36,050 bases of DNA from Thraustochytrium aureum. Lineage: Eukaryota. Both the position numbers and the translations under genes were made by a program. The stretch lies in contig BLSG01000132.1 in NCBI GenBank assembly GCA_012862495.1, positions 89,920 to 125,969 on the forward strand. Reading direction: 5' to 3'. Within the stretch, counting starts at the first letter, position 1, and every line of letters begins with the position of its first letter. The notes under the pieces are model-generated. The model searched no databases. It saw nothing but the letters and a program-made list of their open reading frames with translations, and was not told the origin of the DNA. This document shows positions 30,552 to 36,050 of the stretch, piece after piece.

Positions 30552-30725
30552 GGCCCCGGGCCCGCTTTACCTCCGTAGGGTACTCCCTCACGCTACGGTA
30601 CCGCGATTAGAGTAAAAATAACTCAAAGAGCGAACTGGGAGCTTGTTGCAGTTGCTGGCGCAGCTAGCTGCGCCTTGAATGGCCTGGACGCGAGCGCTGA
30701 GGAGCTCAAGCAGGACGCGACCCGG

Positions 30726-31530
30726 CTAAGTGCGACGCCCGTCGAGAGGGAGCAGCCGCCCAGGCGAGCTGGACGAGCTTGCGGTGTCTTTGCGCAGCTG
30801 GCGGTGATGGACGCCTGGCGGTGATGAACACCTTCTTGTCCTCTGCTTTGGTCTCTGCTTTGGTCTGGAGCAGGCCTGCAGGCCGCAGTCGTCTACCATG
30901 GCGGGGCAACTGCCAAGGCGGGCCTCGTCGAGCCGATGGCAGTTTCCCGCCAGTATGACGAGGCCGACGTTGCCGAGCCTCGTGCAGGCGCCGAAATCGA
31001 CGCTCACAAGCTGGCGGCACCAGCGCGCCAGCCCTCCTGATAAGCTCTCGTTGGACACGACCTCCCCCTGGCCGTGGTGCTCGATTCGCTCAAGGGAGCG
31101 GCACGCCATTGAGGCGTCGCGCAGCTTGCGCTCCGAGCTCGGCGACCGGCGGGCCCTGGGTGCGCGCAACAGCAGCACTCGGGCCGGTCTGGCCCGTGCG
31201 ATCGAATGTGAGGGAGACGTCCAGATGAGCAAGCCGGGCGTCCCCACCAGCCTCTACCGCGCGGACGACCTTCGCCGGACAGTCGCGAGCAGCCCGCGAC
31301 GCGAAGCACCTCGAGCCAGCCCCCGCTGGAAGCGCCGCAAGCAGTGCTCGGTCGCTGACCAGAACAGTTCGCACCCGCGAAGGTCCAGCTGCACGCACCA
31401 TATCTCAACGGGGGCCGTGTTTCGACCCATCGCGTGCCACAGCCGGAGGGCAACGCGCTCGGCGGGCTGCCAGCCCCGGTCGCGCCAGCTCTGGGACGAC
31501 AGCGTGGCCTGTATGGCCCGTTGTAAGATA
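30726..31530 (-). pseudogene. Frameshifted Cys-containing LRR (FBXL/AMN1-like) gene remnant
   Basis: LRR_CC-like units are scattered over all three minus frames: QLDLRGCEL / VSDRALLAAL / LEVLRVAGCSRLSGEG / LAHLDVS / VSNESLSGGLARWCRQLVSVDFGACTRLGNVGLVILAGNCHRLDEARLGSCPAMVDDCGL. Confidence 0.6.
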
Positions 31531-33128
31531 GTACCTAATTTCACGCGAAAATGCGCAGCGCCACCCTCGGACATCAACGGGGATTTCAATGTTCTCCCTT
31601 GTGTACAATACAAGNNNNNNNNNNNNNNNNNNNNNNNNNNNNNNNNNNNNNNNNNNNNNNNNNNNNNNNNNNNNNNNNNNNNNNNNNNNNNNNNNNNNNN
31701 NNNNNNNNNNNNNNNNNNNNNNNNNNNNNNNNNNNNNNNNNNNNNNNNNNNNNNNNNNNNNNNNNNNNNNNNNNNNNNNNNNNNNNNNNNNNNNNNNNNN
31801 NNNNNNNNNNNNNNNNNNNNNNNNNNNNNNNNNNNNNNNNNNNNNNNNNNNNNNNNNNNNNNNNNNNNNNNNNNNNNNNNNNNNNNNNNNNNNNNNNNNN
31901 NNNNNNNNNNNNNNNNNNNNNNNNNNNNNNNNNNNNNNNNNNNNNNNNNNNNNNNNNNNNNNNNNNNNNNNNNNNNNNNNNNNNNNNNNNNNNNNNNNNN
32001 NNNNNNNNNNNNNNNNNNNNNNNNNNNNNNNNNNNNNNNNNNNNNNNNNNNNNNNNNNNNNNNNNNNNNNNNNNNNNNNNNNNNNNNNNNNNNNNNNNNN
32101 NNNNNNNNNNNNNNNNNNNNNNNNNNNNNNNNNNNNNNNNNNNNNNNNNNNNNNNNNNNNNNNNNNNNNNNNNNNNNNNNNNNNNNNNNNNNNNNNNNNN
32201 NNNNNNNNNNNNNNNNNNNNNNNNNNNNNNNNNNNNNNNNNNNNNNNNNNNNNNNNNNNNNNNNNNNNNNNNNNNNNNNNNNNNNNNNNNNNNNNNNNNN
32301 NNNNNNNNNNNNNNNNNNNNNNNNNNNNNNNNNNNNNNNNNNNNNNNNNNNNNNNNNNNNNNNNNNNNNNNNNNNNNNNNNNNNNNNNNNNNNNNNNNNN
32401 NNNNNNNNNNNNNNNNNNNNNNNNNNNNNNNNNNNNNNNNNNNNNNNNNNNNNNNNNNNNNNNNNNNNNNNNNNNNNNNNNNNNNNNNNNNNNNNNNNNN
32501 NNNNNNNNNNNNNNNNNNNNNNNNNNNNACCCAACGGAGAGCGCCGCTGCTTCGTCGGAGAGCGGCTCGACGGGCTGCTTGCTTGCTGCTGAACGCGCAA
32601 CAATCGATTGCTGCTTGGGAGCGGAGGAGGGAGCACTGTCCTCTACCCCTCTCTCGGAAGGCACCGGAGTGGCACGCCAGAGGGCGCATGGAAACAAAGT
32701 ACTGCTCTAGTACTCTACTCTACCCGGCAGGAGCGCAGGGTTCAAAGTTTGTCAGCGAGTAGAGATTCTGAAGGCGCTGTTGGCTTTGTCGTGAGCAGGT
32801 TTGATTCTAAATCTTCTTTTCTCCAAGCAACTCCGCGACGACAGGGAGCGGCCAACTTGGCAAGCCCAAACTTTGAAAGGCGAGAACCAAACGAGAAAAC
32901 CAAACCAACAAGCCAGAACAGAAAAAGCGTCGCTCTCTGCGCGCTGCGGAGAAGAAAGGGACGACAAGTCTGAGAGCCGCTGCTCGTCCCTCTCAGGGGC
33001 CTGTGAGGGGACTGCGGCGCTCCTACTGGCATAGGCATTTCTTTGCCGTGCCTGCACGTGTTTCGAGCGGTGCTTGCAATGTGGCAGCAAAACCCGAACA
33101 GAAACGTCGAGCCAAGCTCGAAAGCGCA

Positions 33129-33179
33129 GAAAGCAGCAAGGCAAGCAGCAAGGCAAGCAGCAAGAAAGCAGCAAGAAAG
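33129..33179 (+). repeat. Short tandem repeat (AAGCAGCAAG core x4, 11-12 bp period) in the MYB 5' leader
   Basis: Cores at 33131, 33143, 33155 and 33166. Confidence 0.8.
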
Positions 33180-33286
33180 AAGCGAAGACAACCGTGATAG
33201 CGGACACGACGGCCACCATCGCGACTGAAGCGGACGTGTGGGGCTTGGCCCGCGGCCAAGTGCTGGACTTCCTCGAGCAGCCCGAC

Positions 33287-34162
33287 ATGGGCTTCGACCG
33301 TGTAGCAATGCAGGAACGTGGAGCCCTCGAACGGACCTGGGAGGCAACAACGCAAGTGGGCGCGACGCAGGCCGCGGCGCCGCCGCTACTGGTCAAGGTC
33401 AACAGTCTCGCCGGCGGCCTCGATGATTTCGAGGGCGAGGGCCAAGAGGACGCCTGGCGGTTCAGCGAGCTGTGCCACGACCCGTCCCTCGAGTCCGCGG
33501 CCCAGACCCAGGCCTACGGCGCAGAAGCGCTCCACCACATCAAGAGGCGCTCGAGCAGCATCGCCTCCGATACGAGCTGTGGCGAGGACTCGAGCATTTG
33601 CGACTGGGACCGCCACTCGGCCGTTTCCCACCACTCCGACAACAGCTCCAAGAGCCGGCGCAAGCAGCGACAGCTCTGGACCGCCGCGGAAGACTGCGTG
33701 CTGCAGAGCGTGGTTGGCGAGATCAACGAGGCCATCGAGAGGGGCAAACGCAAGCGAACCCGCATGCCCTGGAAGGAGATTGCCGCCGCGATCGCGGGCA
33801 GGTCCGCCAAGCAGTGCCGCGATAGGTGGAACTCGCTCGCGGCGCTCGCCCTTAAGAAGGGCTGGACGGCAGCGGAGGACGAGCTCCTCATCAAGCTGCA
33901 CCGCGAGCACGGCAACCGCTGGGTCGCCATCGCGAACGAGCTGGCCGGGCGCAACGACAACATGGTCAAGTCGCGCTTCCGCGCACTCTGCCGCGCCAAC
34001 GATGCGCGCTCTGAGTCGAGCTGCTCAAAGCGGAGCTTGCCAGCAGAGTGCATGGCGGAGGACGTCGAGAAGCGTTCGGCCAAGGCGCAGCGCCGGGTCG
34101 AGGGAGCAGAGTCGGAAGCTGCTGTCTGGTGCGACTTTCTTCTCAAGCACGTGCTCCCATGA
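33287..34162 (+). CDS. R2R3-type MYB transcription factor (start could be the in-frame GTG at 33194)
   Basis: R2: LWTAAED..L..VV...PWKEIAAAIAGRSAKQCRDRW. R3: GWTAAEDELLIKLHREHGNRWVAIANELAGRNDNMVKSRF. Stop TGA 34160-34162. Confidence 0.93.
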   Translation: MGFDRVAMQERGALERTWEATTQVGATQAAAPPLLVKVNSLAGGLDDFEGEGQEDAWRFSELCHDPSLESAAQTQAYGAEALHHIKRRSSSIASDTSCGEDSSICDWDRHSAVSHHSDNSSKSRRKQRQLWTAAEDCVLQSVVGEINEAIERGKRKRTRMPWKEIAAAIAGRSAKQCRDRWNSLAALALKKGWTAAEDELLIKLHREHGNRWVAIANELAGRNDNMVKSRFRALCRANDARSESSCSKRSLPAECMAEDVEKRSAKAQRRVEGAESEAAVWCDFLLKHVLP

Positions 34163-35472
34163 TAGCCGGCGGGCAGCGCGAGCTTGCCACATTTATTATC
34201 CTGGATTATTTGGCCGCGTGGGGCGCTCTCTCGCCCTGCGCCAATGTACAAACTGCAGCGTGACTTTTATCTTAGTTTTAAAATCGAGAACAAGGTGCAG
34301 GCCTGAGGGGATCCGCCCGATACCTAGATCTGGATTCTGCTCTGCTCGAGGAGTTTGCGCGTTGCATTCGCCCGGCGCCCATCGAGACAAGCAACCAACT
34401 TGAACTGCCAAGGCCATGAGAAAATGAGGTGACTTGTTTACAACAAAATTTATCGTTCCGGTGGTGGATCGCTCGAGATTGGACAGCGAATTACGGCCGC
34501 GCGGCCTACGCTCGTCCGCCCGCCCATGGCAGCTCGCACGCCACACTCTGCACGTCGCGCGTTGCAGGTCACACTCTGCACGTCACAGCTGTTAGCGCCA
34601 CGACCACAGACCTCTCCAGCACCGCCCGCCACCGCCGCTACCGAAAAGGTGTACCGGTTCGGCCGCAAGCGCAGCAGCCCACCTGGAGCTGCTGCATGCG
34701 CCGGCCTATCCCGCTATCTATACGCTATTGCCTCTCAGACTGACTGCCGAATAGTTGTAGGAGGCAACTCTGGCAGTGAGCTTGACTATACAAAGAGGCT
34801 TGCTTGCTCGTCGCACGCTGCCGCGTGGAAGACCCGCCCGGCGCTCCCCCGACCTCCAACTCACCATATCAATGCGACGGCCACGAGCGCGCGCACGCGC
34901 GCGATCGGCGCCGCGCAAAACATTCTCTCTCGCGCGTTTCGGGTCTGCCGAGCAGAGATCGAGTCCAGTCGACTGGACGTCTCGAGGAGGCCTCGCAGCC
35001 GCACGTTGTCGCATCCACACGCTGGGTCCGCCCGAGTCGGGCGAGCAGCTCGCTGCTCGCGAATAAACGAGTTGTTCACGCCCGCACGCCATTTGGTGCC
35101 GCTTGGTGGATTGGACGGGAATCGCCGAGTTCGCATGCACACCTCTGGTCATGATTTGGGCGTGCGAGCAACACGACTCGCCAACCTCGTCGAGGATGTC
35201 GGCCGTCGTTGGTTGCTGGGCTTGTGCCCCGGGCGACACGCTATTTGGTTCCTTCGTTTTTTCTTCGTTTGGAAGATGCGCCGTAAGGCGGAGGGGTTCC
35301 TGCGAGAGCACTCGGCTTATCTCGACTTCACCCTCGCAGACCACTGTTGCACCAAGAAGGATCCTCCTTGGTTGCACGATCACCACAGCATCCTCAGCAT
35401 TCACTTCGAGCAGACCCCGAACCTCCCTCGAGCCTGAAACCAAGAGCAGCCCAAGTGAGTTACCAAGCCAAG

Positions 35473-36050
35473 ATGAAGGTCGCTATGTCGAGCTGCGCCG
35501 TGCTGTCGCTCGTGGTTGCCGCTGCCGCGCACGACAACACCACGATGGGCGTCAAGTCGTGCGACGTCATGGTCGACGAGTGGGTCGACTTCGTGAGCGC
35601 GGCCAGCGCGGCGCGCCTCCTTGACGCCAGGCATGACGGTCACGACCACGGTGAAACCGGCATGGAGAATGCCAAAGTTGCGAGCGTCGGCGCCTGCACT
35701 GCCGCTGGCTTTGAGGTGGTCTTCCCGGACGGGTCCAAGAAGACTGTCGCGATGGACAACTTTATCGATGACGAGTGCGCGGGCGACCACGACGACGGGC
35801 ACGACCACGCGAGCTTTCCCTTGCACGTCGGTAACGAAACCGCCGGCAACTGCTACCGCGCCGTCTGCCTGGAGGGAAAAGTCCACCTCGGCCACTTTGA
35901 CAAGTGCTGCTCGGAGGTCGACCTGGCCGTGGACGCCCCGCACCACAAGTGCGACCTCGCCGCCGCGCTCACCGCCAACGACGACTCGGCCGCGAACGCC
36001 GCTGCCGCCTCGCTCGTGCTGGCGGCGCCATGGTGCTGGCCGCTCGCCGC
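35473..36050 (+). CDS. His/Asp-rich secreted, probably GPI-anchored protein (runs off the window edge; absent from the ORF track)
   Basis: caagATG then MKVAMSSCAVLSLVVAAAA (signal peptide), HDGHDHG and DHDDGHDH motifs, several Cys, and a C-terminal DDSAANAAAASLVLAA hydrophobic tail. No stop codon occurs to the end of the window and GC3 is high. Confidence 0.8.
   Translation, partial: MKVAMSSCAVLSLVVAAAAHDNTTMGVKSCDVMVDEWVDFVSAASAARLLDARHDGHDHGETGMENAKVASVGACTAAGFEVVFPDGSKKTVAMDNFIDDECAGDHDDGHDHASFPLHVGNETAGNCYRAVCLEGKVHLGHFDKCCSEVDLAVDAPHHKCDLAAALTANDDSAANAAAASLVLAAPWCWPLA

Overview
This is a GC-rich, gene-dense eukaryotic nuclear scaffold with nine N-gaps (2358-2777, 5147-5200, 12528-12848, 15648-16524, 19466-19742, 21416-21595, 23605-23965, 27527-27730, 31615-32528). 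It has short GT-AG spliceosomal introns with CTAAC/CTGAC branch points. The organism is probably a flagellated stramenopile, possibly labyrinthulomycete-like; this is inferred from the GGGGLFGG...Y tail of ribosomal P2, the GASM/PRDG variants in uS12 and the presence of CFAP57. Recognisable genes are a TauE/SafE permease (5' partial), Mediator MED17, a class-3 lipase fused to a PX domain, a nitronate monooxygenase (3 exons), RPLP2, RPS23, a PH + 2x filamin + EF-hand-like protein, eRF1, CFAP57/WDR65 and an R2R3-MYB. Less familiar items are an inverted head-to-head pair of paralogous 239-aa four-TM proteins (MS4A/CD20-like layout), a bacterial-like beta-propeller, a secreted prepro-protein behind a duplicated CCAAT-rich promoter, a decayed Cys-LRR gene, and a His/Asp-rich, probably GPI-anchored surface protein at the right edge. 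About a dozen single-base frameshifts fall mostly in short homopolymers, even in essential genes, and are best read as sequencing errors. I found no tRNA, rRNA, CRISPR array or intact transposon, and no clearly coherent novel multi-gene system. The best leads are individual unusual proteins and shared cis-motifs around the translation genes.
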